Assembly: GCA_000002445.1 (NCBI GenBank)
Contig: CP000071.1
Span: 2,400,001 to 2,464,000 of the forward strand
Direction: 5' to 3'
Length of the DNA stretch: 64,000 nucleotides
Origin: Trypanosoma brucei
Lineage: Eukaryota
Shown here: positions 45,124 through 56,616 of the stretch, piece after piece
How positions within the stretch are numbered: the first letter of the stretch is position 1
How the letters are laid out: every line of letters begins with the position of its first letter
Notes under the pieces: generated by a model
Told to the model about the DNA's origin: nothing
Databases searched by the model: none
Seen by the model: only the letters and a program-made list of their open reading frames with translations
Made by a program: the position numbers and the translations under genes

Positions 45124-45594
45124 TTGTTTTTTATGTTAATCGTTGAATATTGTGGGAAGGCACTAGTTTTTTTTTCCTGGATGTTGTGGGGACACTGTTT
45201 TTTATGAGGCCAAGTAATGTTTTTCTGTTTTTTAATATTTGTTTAAAAATTTTTTCTTTGTGGTTTTTATTTTTAATTTATTTTGTTGTTGCTGATTAAT
45301 TGTTTAGTGTACGCCGCTTCGTGTTGTATCCTTATTTTGCTGTACTGTTAAGTGTAGTAGCTTGCTTTTGTTGTTACGGATGAATCGGGGTTGTATCGTC
45401 GCTTTGCGGGTAACCTCCGATGATTTTTTCTTCTTCCTTCTTTGCCCCAGCTGGATGCCGTACGCGACAATCTCGAAGGGAGTTTTCCTTTATTTAGAAT
45501 ATAAGATATTTCCCCCCTATTATTGCTGTCGTGTCGTTGCGGGTTTTAGCTTTATCGAAGCTTAATAATGTTTGTTGCTAACGGTGGGGTTCTA

Positions 45595-45809
45595 TACATG
45601 CGCCCTAATTTCTGCCACACATTCTACTAATTTTGTTGTTTCGTTCCTTCTCTTATCCTTATTGCTTCAGGGTTTGTGTAGGTAAAGAAGTGTCATGACG
45701 TGATGTGTATTGGCTGCGTGTATTTGAAGCCAGACGCTGGTGAAGACTGACAACTTATAGTCGGTGAGAACTGTTAGTTTACTATACGTGTGGGTTAACG
45801 GTAATTAAA
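45595..45809 (+). repeat. Truncated third copy of the array upstream element, marking the 3' boundary of the array
   Basis: This 215 bp is near-identical to 30777-30990 and 39007-39220 (atacatgcgccctaatttctgccacacattc...gtgtgggttaac). It then diverges into unique G+T-rich sequence. Confidence 0.8.
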
Positions 45810-46748
45810 GGAATTTCTTAAAAGTTTGTGTGTTTTTTTTTGTAATGGCACGTGGCCGGAGGTTTGATGCGAAGTGGTGTCTGGGGTTGGGCGCAGCTGT
45901 TGCAAAATGAGTTACAAGTTATTTCCTTGTCTGTAATTGCGTTGATTTATACTGGAATGGTGACCTGATGCTTTTGTGAGTTTATGATGTGTTTGGATGT
46001 GCTGCGTCTGTTGTTGGATCGCTGAAGTGTAGTTCCTTTAGTGGCGACGTTGAGGTTTGATTTGTGGTTATGTGGTCTCTTTTGTAGCTTTGTGGTGTTT
46101 ATGTAGTTTTTTTTCATCTTTTAGCTCTTATTTGCTTCGAGATTCAGTGGTCAGTGAAGCAGTAGTTTTCGAATTTATATCTGTAGCCTTTCTGTGTCGC
46201 TGGGGTTATTGTTTTTATAGTTGAGTTGGATGGTTGTTGTTGTTGCAAGTTTGTGATTAATTGAGTTACATGTTCTCTAGGATCTTATTGAGAGATATTT
46301 AAAGGTTAGTTCGTGCTCTTAATTTAGAGTAAATGAAGATTATGGGGATTGTCTAGTGGCTTTTCAGTGCGTCATACAGCATTTACATAATCGGCCGTCT
46401 GCTTATCTTTTTTTTTTTTGTGTGTGTGTGGTAGAACCTAATGGAGATATTATTTTTTGCACATTGGTTTTGTGACTTTAGTTTTGGATCATCATGCGAG
46501 GTATCCCTCCATATTTAGTTGTTTCTTATTATTGCCATTTGCTGTGTGCTTGTCCTCACATCGTTAAGCCATGGATTTGTTATCTGCCGTTGTCGATTGT
46601 GATTTTGTTGAAAGCAGGTGCGTTATTGCTTCCAATCCATTTCTCTTTTTTTCCCTCATCCGTTTCAATGACACACACGTAAGGGATACATATTAGTCCC
46701 GTTTGTCTTACTTTTGTTCCTCCCTTCTCACCTTTGCAGCTCACTTTT

Positions 46749-49571
46749 ATGTCTCACAAGCGGGTGGCTCGGCAGCAGCTGCCGATGCCGTGTTATACAT
46801 CCACGGGAATGACAGGGATATGTGCCACGTCTCCGACACCCGCAACCCTCCCACTCGATGCGCTGCAACGTATCAGTAGCTTGCGGCAGTCACTCAGTAG
46901 TGTTGTCGCGTCACAAGCGCCTTCACTGGACCGCCCCGATACGCTCAGCTTACATCTACTACAGAATAGTGGCGTGTCCAAGGAGAGTACAGTCATGTTT
47001 TTGCTCACCTCGTCCCAGCGGCGGATGAAGGAGCTTCTGAATGAGAACCACAGACTTGAACTCCTCTGCATTAAGCAGGAAGACACCATCAAGGAAATAC
47101 GAGCTGAGATGTCGATAAACAAGAGGCATCAACATGCAACTGTTGCGGATGATGTGGTCGCCGAAAAGCCTGCCACAAGTTGCGTTCGGTCCACTCCCTT
47201 TGGAGCTCGCCGAATGGGTTTGAGGGATAGAACAGACCGCGGATCTAAGAATGAAGAGCTTGAAAGCCCAGGAAGTTTCATTGGGGCGTTCCGGAGTTCA
47301 TCTATCGCTGCAGAGTTGGATGATGTGGTACAGCAACTTGTGAGTACCGCCATCGCATTGTTTCCAGAGCTGGAGGTACGTATGGAGTCCGCCTGTCACA
47401 ATGGCGCTGACGAGTGGAGCACCGCTCGCGACATACTTTACTTCATTGAAAGCCACCTTGAAGAGTGGAGCGGCTGCGCATCTCGAGAAAATGTTAGCTT
47501 TAGGGAGACAAGCATGTTGCTGTCACGGGTCCTTACATGTATAGACACGGACCAGCGGGAGTGGTGTGAGTGTCTTTTCGACATCGCGTATAGACTTCAG
47601 GCGGCTTGGAGGGGACAAAAGCACGCTATGGAAAGGAGGGATGCCCTCATCTGCAAGCTCGAGGACGATGTCAAGTCGCTCGCCACGGAGTTATCTGATG
47701 CGGTGGAGGTGCGCATGCAATGTGAGTGTCGGTGCGCGGAGTTGGAGGAGACACTTTCACGTATGATGGATAAACGTGCAGTACACGATGGCAGTGTGCA
47801 AAGCTTGCAAGAAGAGCGTAGAATAGTGCGTGATGAGGCCAATTCTCCCTTGGCGTTAGCTGACCAGGAGGGTATCACCGTTATCGAGGCCTCTGGCGTA
47901 AAGCGGGACGTGCCGGGAATGAGCGATGGGACCATGCCCAAGATGTCTGAGGATTCCCTCCGGAGAGCTGTAGTGGAGCACGATGCGGAAGCGCTGCGAC
48001 TCTCGTTGGATCGCATCACCAAGGAGCGGGATGAGCTGCGGGCGCAGCTCAGAGTAGTGAATGATGCGTTAGATGAAGCGGAGCTGCGTGTGAAAGTTGT
48101 GGGGACGGAGCGGGAGATGCTTCAATCTGAAGTGGGAGAGTTAAAGTATTGCGGTGGCATGCTAACAGTCGGCTCCACGGCTGCGCCACAGCCATCGCTA
48201 AGCTCGACAAGTGAAGCAATGAGGCCGTGGTGCGGACCACTTCTTTCCCGTGGCTGTGACCATGATCTCGCTGAAGGTGGTGATGCTGCTTCGAATGTTT
48301 CTATTACCGGTCTCTTACACGTGATTAGCGATACAACCGTTGATATTTTCTCGGTGGCGCATGAGCATAGTAGTTTGAGGTCTCCAGGGCTGCTTTTCCA
48401 CGTTGGCTGCGCCATTGCTCTGGACTCTGGGGCCTTCAACAACATGCCAAAACCGGATTTATCCTTAACTGCGTGGAAGCGACTACTGCTTCACTTTCAG
48501 AATGGGTTTGTGGATGTCCCCTTCCATAACGCCGATCGTGCAGCGGACAGTTTGCAGTTCTTCTATAGTCTTCTGTTCCATTCGGGAATGGTGGAGCACA
48601 TGGCTGATGTGGAAATCATTGCTTCCATTACGTCTGCATTATGTGCTATGTACGTTTATGTCACTCCTTCAAGTGAGGGGTGCAGGTCATTAGATGTTTA
48701 CTCGAACAGTTGTGCTGGTGGCAGCTCGGATTCTTGTGAACCTCTGCTACTGGAACATAGCTGTAGTTATGAAACCATCTGTCGGCTGATGGAGCGCAGC
48801 CGGTTTGACTTCGCGGCGCTTTGGGAAGCGGAGGATCGTGCACTTCTTTTCCAGACGATGAAGGCCCTTCTGCTACCACAGGTGTCGTTGTACCAACTGG
48901 AGAGTCTCATGTACACTAGTGGAATTGAGGCGGTCAGCAACATTTCTTCACGACTGCATGACCCACCGGTTCGCCATCAGCTCATTCGGTTGCTCGTTGC
49001 ACTTGCCCACCATGCCTTTACTATGCGCAGTGCTTCCGTGAACAAGTACTGGGCAAATGAGAGGTTTAGTTTATACCAACACCAGATGCGCTTCAGAAAT
49101 GAGTTTGGCGAGGAGAGTATTGAGGTTCCATACAATATGAGAGCGGTTGCGGAAGCGCAGTTGTTGTTGATCAGTACTACTGTACTTCCACTGTGCGAAG
49201 CTGTGGTTGGTGTGTTTCCTAGATTGCAACCGTGCTTAGTAGCTCTTCGAGGGAATTTGCACATGTGGACATTATGTGGATCTAACGGCGGCAGCACGTC
49301 TCCCTCCTCCATCGCATCAGTCCTTGAGCAGGTGACAACACCCTCAACATCCGAAGAGAAACTTCCGCCCGGTGCCGCCAATTTCAAGCTTGTTTCATCG
49401 GAGGAAATAAAGCGTGGCTCCCTTGTGGTGGATACCGGTGGATTCATATCAATGCAGGAGGAGATATCGGCTCTTTACAAGGAGAATGCAGTGCTCCGTG
49501 ACATGCTGCAGAAACTTTTTCATGAGATGGATTCGGCCCGACAACATGTGAGGGTCGTGGGGGATGAATAA
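46749..49571 (+). CDS. Hypothetical protein of about 940 aa with coiled-coil segments
   Basis: The ORF track start at 46734 is TTG, and the first in-frame ATG is at 46749 (MSHKRVARQQLPMP...). It is a long ORF with coiled regions (e.g. RRAVVEHDAEALRLSLDRITKERDELRAQLRVVNDALDEAELRVKVVGTEREMLQSEVGELK). The C-terminal coiled segment reads EISALYKENAVLRDMLQKLFHEMDSARQH. Confidence 0.55.
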   Translation: MSHKRVARQQLPMPCYTSTGMTGICATSPTPATLPLDALQRISSLRQSLSSVVASQAPSLDRPDTLSLHLLQNSGVSKESTVMFLLTSSQRRMKELLNENHRLELLCIKQEDTIKEIRAEMSINKRHQHATVADDVVAEKPATSCVRSTPFGARRMGLRDRTDRGSKNEELESPGSFIGAFRSSSIAAELDDVVQQLVSTAIALFPELEVRMESACHNGADEWSTARDILYFIESHLEEWSGCASRENVSFRETSMLLSRVLTCIDTDQREWCECLFDIAYRLQAAWRGQKHAMERRDALICKLEDDVKSLATELSDAVEVRMQCECRCAELEETLSRMMDKRAVHDGSVQSLQEERRIVRDEANSPLALADQEGITVIEASGVKRDVPGMSDGTMPKMSEDSLRRAVVEHDAEALRLSLDRITKERDELRAQLRVVNDALDEAELRVKVVGTEREMLQSEVGELKYCGGMLTVGSTAAPQPSLSSTSEAMRPWCGPLLSRGCDHDLAEGGDAASNVSITGLLHVISDTTVDIFSVAHEHSSLRSPGLLFHVGCAIALDSGAFNNMPKPDLSLTAWKRLLLHFQNGFVDVPFHNADRAADSLQFFYSLLFHSGMVEHMADVEIIASITSALCAMYVYVTPSSEGCRSLDVYSNSCAGGSSDSCEPLLLEHSCSYETICRLMERSRFDFAALWEAEDRALLFQTMKALLLPQVSLYQLESLMYTSGIEAVSNISSRLHDPPVRHQLIRLLVALAHHAFTMRSASVNKYWANERFSLYQHQMRFRNEFGEESIEVPYNMRAVAEAQLLLISTTVLPLCEAVVGVFPRLQPCLVALRGNLHMWTLCGSNGGSTSPSSIASVLEQVTTPSTSEEKLPPGAANFKLVSSEEIKRGSLVVDTGGFISMQEEISALYKENAVLRDMLQKLFHEMDSARQHVRVVGDE

Positions 49572-51685
49572 CATCTAAAGAAAGTGAGGGGGGCAAAAAA
49601 GAAAAAAAGAAAAAGAGAAACAGAAACAGAAAAAAAAAGAAATTGTTAAGTGAGAGATTCGGACCATCTACTGTCTTTCTTCCTCTACCTACTGCGTGAT
49701 TTCTCGTTTTGTTTTTGGTTTTAGTTTTGCCCTCTTCCTTCTTATTTAGCTGATGTCGTGTGAGGTGTTAATTATTTGTATAATTTGTTGTTCGGAGGCC
49801 AGCAGCCGTGTGCCAGCGGCAGATAAAAAATATATTGTTGTCGATGTTCTTGAGATTTTAGGTCAACCTGTGCGGTTCTTTCCTTCTTCCTCCGCTGCTA
49901 CGCATTAGTTGTTTACCTTCTGTTTTGTGTTACTTTTCGCCATTGCGGGCCGCAGTTATGACATTTCCTTCTTGGAAACTGTATATTTGAATCATGGAAA
50001 AGGCCTATTGCTTACTGCTTCCCGCTTGTCAGTTTTTAATTTTTATATACCTTCTTGTTCAACCTTCACGTATTTGAGTATTTGCTTTAATTTTTTTCCT
50101 TAATTTCGTCGACAACCACGGAACCCGTGCCCTATTTTGTGCAGAAGCGAATATATATGTATGCAGATACGTACAAACGTAAGCCCAAATATAATTAACG
50201 ATGCATGTGCCATCACTTTTGTTTGGTGTTCGCAGTTCTGCTGGTACGTTGTGCTGCTGCGCACGCGTTATCTCATAAGTTGGGCGAATATATTCGTGTA
50301 AGTGTATCGTGCTCAAATAATTAATATCATTCATATGTTTCTTCCATATGGTGCGACCGTCAGGTGCTTCAGGTTTATATGCTTGCGTTCACATCTACAT
50401 TTGCATTCACTTGTTTGCAAATCCAAACGTTTCACCCCCTTTTCTCTACGCTGTGTATCGTTACTTTGCACCAAATACACATGCCCTGGAAAAGTAAAAC
50501 AAAGGAAAGCTAAGCAAGAAGTGTCTAAGCTACGTAGAGAAATATGTTGCAGTAATGAGACAATGAACAAGATGGAGCAGCAATTAAAAATAAATCGTGC
50601 GATTGGATTTGAAGTGAGTGCCTTAACATGCACCTCTCGTTGCGTTTAGTCTGCTGTAACTGAGCCGAACGTTTGTTTATTCTTTGCAAGCGCATCGCCA
50701 GAGAGACCTCTGATCATTTGGTGGCAATTCAATCTTTCCGTCGATTTGTCCTCTGTAGCTTTTACATTTTAATAATAATGTTGCCAATAGTGATGGCAAA
50801 TATAGTTCGATGACCATTACGCGTTAGTTGTAATTATTATTCACATGTGTGTTTTCTCTTTTCACCGATGGTATGTAACACTTCATTGCGTCTGAAAAGT
50901 TGTTGTGAGAAGTACGCGTAGACGCGTGGAAATTGTTGTCATATGAGTCGCTTAAAGCTATCATATGTAGATATTTAACAGGGCGTGGTGGGAGAAGCGT
51001 CACGAATCAGATCTTCAGTTCGGTTGCACCAAAACATTTGTGTGCTGGTGTTTCCGTTTTGTTTGCTCTTTATAACGGAAACTGTAGCATCATGGAAGCT
51101 ACGGAGACTCATTGCTTTTTGCTTTTTATTAATTGTTATTTATTTGTTTACTTCATTATTAACGGTACCGATGTTAAATATAATGACGTAACAAAACACG
51201 GAGAAGGGTGGGAGGGGCTGGCGGTTGGATGAATGAATGAATGGGAAAATGTATGAGGCGATTCATATGTTATTTGAAATATGGCAATATTGGCTTCTTC
51301 AGGTCAGTGGTTACACATTTGGGCCATCAGTGAGTCTATGCCCTTATTTTTGTTGAACTCATTGCCTTAACTAAGAAAAAAAAAAATAACAGAGAATATT
51401 TCTTTAAGAGTTCCCTTTTATTTGTTATTGATGCATTCTGTATTTGCGCTTTTCTTTGTCTGTGCTGATTTGGCACTAAAAGTGATGATTTTTATTTCCC
51501 CTCTCTATTTCTTTCTTCACGTATACTGTTTCAAGACAAGTAACTTCTTGGAAACTCGTTTGTTAGAGAGCGAAAACGAAAACAACCCGAGAAAACAAAA
51601 CGAAAAGAGACAAGCACATACCTGAACACCATTACTATTATTATTATTATTATTGGTATTGATATTATTAGAATTGAGCAAGATA

Positions 51686-52474
51686 ATGGAATATGAGGGG
51701 TGTGCATCGGAAGTAATAAACCATTCAGCTGTTGAAGAAACCGCCATGTTGGGAGGGATTTTGGTTCAGGAGGAGGACCCCCTTTTTGCCGTGGTTTCTC
51801 GTCTTGCTGCTGGTGAGACGTTCGCACGTGAAAATTTGTGTCAGCGATGGTACCGCGGTATTACAAAATTGAAATGGGCAGAGGAATTGCAGCGGTCAGG
51901 TATTCTTCTCGTGCAAAAGAACGCCGCGGGTGGAAGCAACCCTGAGGGCAACAAGGAACAAAAGAAGGATGAAAATGATGATGCAGATGGGGAAAATGTA
52001 GAACAGGGAGAGGAGGAGTACATCAATGCAGATGAATGCGTCGCTCGGTTGAGGCGTGAGTTCAACTTTCAACGTGTGCTGAATGTCGTCATTTATGGTG
52101 AAGATGATGAGCGCGCGGAGATTTTAAAGGAAGAACATGATAACATTTCTCAAATTGTCATGATGATGGAGGAGTGTATGGATCGCCAGTCATTGATTGA
52201 AGAGGCTCAGTCACGAGCTGCGCTTGTTCTTGAAGTAATGAAACCCCGTATTACCAGTCGCTACAGTTACGCATGGGGAGTGAAAACGTACTCCACTTTT
52301 AAACCCGTGAAAGCAGAAATGGATCGCCTTCGTCCCGCTGACCGACACAAACCCGCATATATGCGTAGCAAACAACCGACCTGTCGTGTGCCTTTTGAAC
52401 ACGCTCATTATTTACCCAATGGTGAGCAAAAAATGGTAAGGGTCAGCGAACTTAATTTCGAAAAGGGGAATTAA
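51686..52474 (+). CDS. Hypothetical protein of about 262 aa
   Basis: The ORF track start at 51653 is TTG, and the first in-frame ATG is at 51686 (MEYEGCASEV...). The protein is acidic with no recognised domain. It is flanked by AT-rich intergenic sequence. Confidence 0.45.
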   Translation: MEYEGCASEVINHSAVEETAMLGGILVQEEDPLFAVVSRLAAGETFARENLCQRWYRGITKLKWAEELQRSGILLVQKNAAGGSNPEGNKEQKKDENDDADGENVEQGEEEYINADECVARLRREFNFQRVLNVVIYGEDDERAEILKEEHDNISQIVMMMEECMDRQSLIEEAQSRAALVLEVMKPRITSRYSYAWGVKTYSTFKPVKAEMDRLRPADRHKPAYMRSKQPTCRVPFEHAHYLPNGEQKMVRVSELNFEKGN

Positions 52475-53207
52475 AGTGATATTTGAATGCTTTTGCATTT
52501 CACTATTTTTATTTTTGTTTTGTTTTGTGTTTTTTTTTTTCATTTGGTAGTCATTTCGGGCTTATGTTTATTTATTTGTAACGCCCTGCTCATTTCGTTG
52601 AGTTTACCCCCCGTTACACTGGATTGTCGTTTCCCTTCAATTTCGTTTTTCACTCTTATTCGTCGTGTAACTTTTGCTACTTTACTAATGATTATTCTCG
52701 CTTCAGTTTGATGCTGTCCGTAAACAATGTTTGTCATTTTTGTTATTATTGTTGTTGTTATGTTTATACGTTTAGGTTGCAATGGAAAATGCAGCAATGA
52801 TACAACCGATAGCATGTGCCTTGCAGAGTTGAGTGCCAACCATTTTTCGAGGTTCAACGCCTTCCCCCCTCTTTTTGTTACTTTCTCTCCGTTAGTATTT
52901 TGTTTCTCTCTCCCTTTTTTTAAACTGCTACGAGGTTACCATCTGCAATCGTTGTATTACTACTATATATATATATACATTTAAAATGTACAACAGCGTA
53001 GGGAAGAAAAGAGAGAGAGGAACTAAAACAACAAAAAAAATATGTAGAGTGTATCGGAATAGAAACGAAAGAAAGAAGCACAAAAAAAGAAAAAAGAAAC
53101 CCGTCGCCATATAAATGATAAAAAGGCGTAAATAAACGAACAAATAATCAAAGGGATTTGTTTATGTATTTTAATTGTCCAATTGTTTTATTTTCCATCT
53201 CACCACC

Positions 53208-53245
53208 TTTAGATCCTTTTTTCTTTTTCTTTTTTTCTTCTTCTA
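53208..53245 (+). promoter_or_regulatory. Polypyrimidine tract upstream of the 53345 transporter gene
   Basis: cctttagatcctttttttctttttctttttttcttcttct lies immediately 5' of the gene, consistent with a trans-splice acceptor region. Confidence 0.45.
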
Positions 53246-53344
53246 TGATATTTGTTTCATTTACTGCAGGTGAGGTTTCTGTTAGTAATTGGTGATTTCA
53301 GCCAGCGACCAACTAAATCAGACCCTAAGCTGTTATTGGACCTA

Positions 53345-54760
53345 ATGAGTAATGTCCGTGGAAATATAACCCCCGCCGTTGTTTATGCTTCCAATGAGCC
53401 GAATGCTCTTAATGCCTCGGATGATGGCATTAAAAACTATGAGGCCTACGAAGACATTCAATCAAACAATTCAGAATCTAAATTTGCTCCATTTTCCAAA
53501 CTGAGCAAAAAAATTGCCGCCGTCATTCCTCCTGGAGGGATTTTTGCCAGCGCCTTTAACATCGCGGCCACGACGTTGGGCGCCGGCATCTTTGGTTTGC
53601 CGTCAACCGCCAATGGAAGCGGACTTGTGATGGGAATATTATATCTCGTCATAATTAATTGCATGACCATATATTCCATGTATAATCTCGCCCTTGCAGC
53701 CGAACGTTCTAAAGCACTCACATATGAAGGCGTTACATTTGTGGTGTTGGGGCGCTGGGCTGCATATGCCATCGCTGCTGTTCGAGCATTTGATGGCTTT
53801 ACGAGTTGTATTGCCTACGTGATTTCAGTGGGAGATATTTTCTCTTCTATTTTGAAGGGAACCGATGCACCTGAGTTCTGGAAGGGAAATACGGGCAACC
53901 GACTTTTGACCGCGCTTCTATGGCTCTGTTGTATGCTTCCACTTGTGATACCGCGACATGTGGATTCACTTCGTCATGTTTCCACCTGTGCCGTTACTTT
54001 CATGGTGTATTTTGTCATTGTGATTGTTGTGCACTCGTGTCTAAATGGGCTTCCGGAGAATATTAAGGATGTTAGTGTTGGAAAGAGTGATACAGCTGCT
54101 ATCATTCTCTTTAATAGCGGGAATGCAGCTGTTGAAGGATTGGGAGTATTTATGTTCTCATACACGTGCCAGGACACGGCGTATGAAATATATATGGACA
54201 TGAAGGATCGCTCCGTGCGTAAGTTCGTTATTTCATCCGCTATCGCGATGTGTATGTGTACCGTGTTGTATATACTCACCGTATTTTTCGGTTACATGGA
54301 CTTTGGCCGTGATGTTACCGGTTCAATTTTGCTCATGTACGATCCCGTGAATGAACCTGCGGTGATGGTTGGTATGATTGGTGTGCTTGTGAAGCTGATC
54401 GCCTCATATGCGCTGCTCGCTATGGCGTGTCGTAATGCGTTATACAGCATTGCAGGAAAGAATGCGGATGTATTGCCCTTTTGGAAACATTGTGCCTCAG
54501 TTGTAACCTTATCTGTAGCGGCACTGGTTTTGGGTCTCTTCATCCCAAAGGTTAATACGGTTCTTGGTTTTGCTGGTTCCATTACTGGTGGCTCACTTGG
54601 TTATATTTTCCCTTCGCTACTTCTTATGTACTCGGGTGGCTTCACATGGCAACGCGTTGGGCCTTTTCATTATCTCGTAGCGTACGGGTTGTTAATTTCA
54701 GGTGTTGTCGGCGTTGTTTTTGGTACCGGTGCCACCATTTGGGGCACAATTGTTGGCTAA
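53345..54760 (+). CDS. Amino acid transporter of the AAT/AAAP family, second subfamily, copy A
   Basis: The ORF track start at 53252 is TTG, and the first in-frame ATG is at 53345 (MSNVRGNITPAVVYASNE...). The AAAP N-terminal motif is present (IFASAFNIAATTLGAGIFGLPS), with about 11 TM helices. The protein is clearly related to, but divergent from, the 31-45 kb array genes. Confidence 0.8.
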   Translation: MSNVRGNITPAVVYASNEPNALNASDDGIKNYEAYEDIQSNNSESKFAPFSKLSKKIAAVIPPGGIFASAFNIAATTLGAGIFGLPSTANGSGLVMGILYLVIINCMTIYSMYNLALAAERSKALTYEGVTFVVLGRWAAYAIAAVRAFDGFTSCIAYVISVGDIFSSILKGTDAPEFWKGNTGNRLLTALLWLCCMLPLVIPRHVDSLRHVSTCAVTFMVYFVIVIVVHSCLNGLPENIKDVSVGKSDTAAIILFNSGNAAVEGLGVFMFSYTCQDTAYEIYMDMKDRSVRKFVISSAIAMCMCTVLYILTVFFGYMDFGRDVTGSILLMYDPVNEPAVMVGMIGVLVKLIASYALLAMACRNALYSIAGKNADVLPFWKHCASVVTLSVAALVLGLFIPKVNTVLGFAGSITGGSLGYIFPSLLLMYSGGFTWQRVGPFHYLVAYGLLISGVVGVVFGTGATIWGTIVG

Positions 54761-56464
54761 AACTGAGCAAAGTAAAGTAAAAAATAAAGTAATGTGAGAG
54801 ATCATATAGCTCTCGGTATTTTAATTGTTGTTGTTGTTGTTTTCCCCCCTTTTCTTTTCTGATTGTAATTTTTCATCTTTGACTTCCTTTTTTTTTTTTG
54901 AGTGCAATTAAGTCGAGGCAACAGTTAAAAAACAAAACAAAACGAAAAGAAGAAATGATATGCCCGTCTATTACTAAAGAAAAACAAACTAACTAAAACT
55001 TATTAAGCACAAATGAATTAACAGGAGGAGGAGGAGGAAGAAGAGATGTTGAACGACATCAGGTTGTAATGGTTGTTTCGATCCGATGCACTTTAAAGCA
55101 AGAAAAATTTCCCCTTTTTTTAAAAAAAAAAGAAAAAAGAAACAACAATATTCTCAAAGATCAGAAGAGAGAAAAATTAAAAAAGAAGAAGCAAAAACAA
55201 CAACAACAACAACAGCAACAACGAAGTGGTGAATAGAAGAAAGAAAGAAAGAAAAAAAAACTAAAACGTCTAATTATTTATTTTATTGTGAGGCATATCG
55301 ACTTTATGAAATGAAAAAATTGTTTTTCACTGTCAAAGGAATTACAAGAAAAAGAAGTAGAAGACAAGCAAAACGGTTTTTAGAACGCATTCGACACTAG
55401 GGAAAAAGGCAAAATTAGGAAAAGTTTGGTTATTAAACTTTTTTTTTTCAGTAATAAAATACAATATAATTCTATCTTATTTTTTTTTTCAATTTTTGTT
55501 TTCCTTAACCTCATTTAGCAAGTAGTTGCAGCTACCAGTGCAAATAATGCAATTTCTTTTTTTTCTTTTTCTCTTTCTCTTTTTGTATGTGCGTGTTCTT
55601 TCCTTCTTTTTTTTTCGTTTTAATTTTTTTTTTTTACTATTTCCCCACTGCGTCACGGTATTTGCCCCGCATGAGTTCCTCTTAAACACGCCTTTATTAT
55701 TCATGTGAGTGCAGGAAATATAAAAAGAGGAGGAAAAGAAAAAAAAAAGAGGAGGATTTGGGGATGAGGGCGGCAGGACTTTAACGATATTAATATATTT
55801 ATTTATGGGTCACAATTTCCTCGGCACTTCAGTACTTTCAATGCAAACAATTGTGATGACTCCACACGCATTTGTGAATAATTACTCTCCATCCTCGAAC
55901 ATGCGGTGCTTCATGTTGCTAAACAGAAGCCACCAAATAATTTAAAAAAAAAGTAAAGAGTAAAAAAGGGGGAAAAAGAAACATTATTTATTTTTCAGAG
56001 TTCTCTTTTTTATTTTTCTTCTTCTTTTTAAAGCCATCATTTCACGCTGTTAAAAAGGTAAAAAAAAAATATGCACATGGCGGTCAAAGTACGCATTCCT
56101 CCAAGACTCAAAATGGGTGAAAGGTTAGCTTGAAACTGTGAGCTGCAGCTTCCACTGATGGAAGGAACCGCTTCAAAAAAAAAAAAGAAAAAAAGGGAGA
56201 CAACCGTAACATAACGAAGGTTTCCGCACTTATATATTCCGGTGTAGGTTCAAATGCAAGTTTTTTTTTTTTGTATCCAATTGAAATAAATGATACGGTA
56301 CTTTGGACCTTTTATGCCGGCTGCGGTGTAACCCTTTATTGCATTAGTGGTGCTGACGTCCTCCACTTTGCCCTACAGAGGGAATGTCGCTTTGTTTTGT
56401 TTTGTTACACTTACCACATAACCATCATCACCGTCACCACCGGTATTTTTTGCATGCTGTCACA

Positions 56465-56600
56465 TTATTATCATTATTATTATTATTATCATTATTATTA
56501 TTATTATTTCCGTTATTCCTTTTAATTTCTTTTTGTTTTATTGGTTGTGGAATTTTACAAGGGCCTTTGAAGCACACAACACACACACACACACACAAGG
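56465..56600. repeat. Imperfect (ATT)n run followed by an (AC)n microsatellite, just upstream of transporter copy B
   Basis: attattatcattattattattattatcattattattattattatt at about 56465-56510, and acacacacacacacacacaa at about 56581-56600. Confidence 0.85.
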
Positions 56601-56616
56601 AGCGCGTGAAGGAGTG

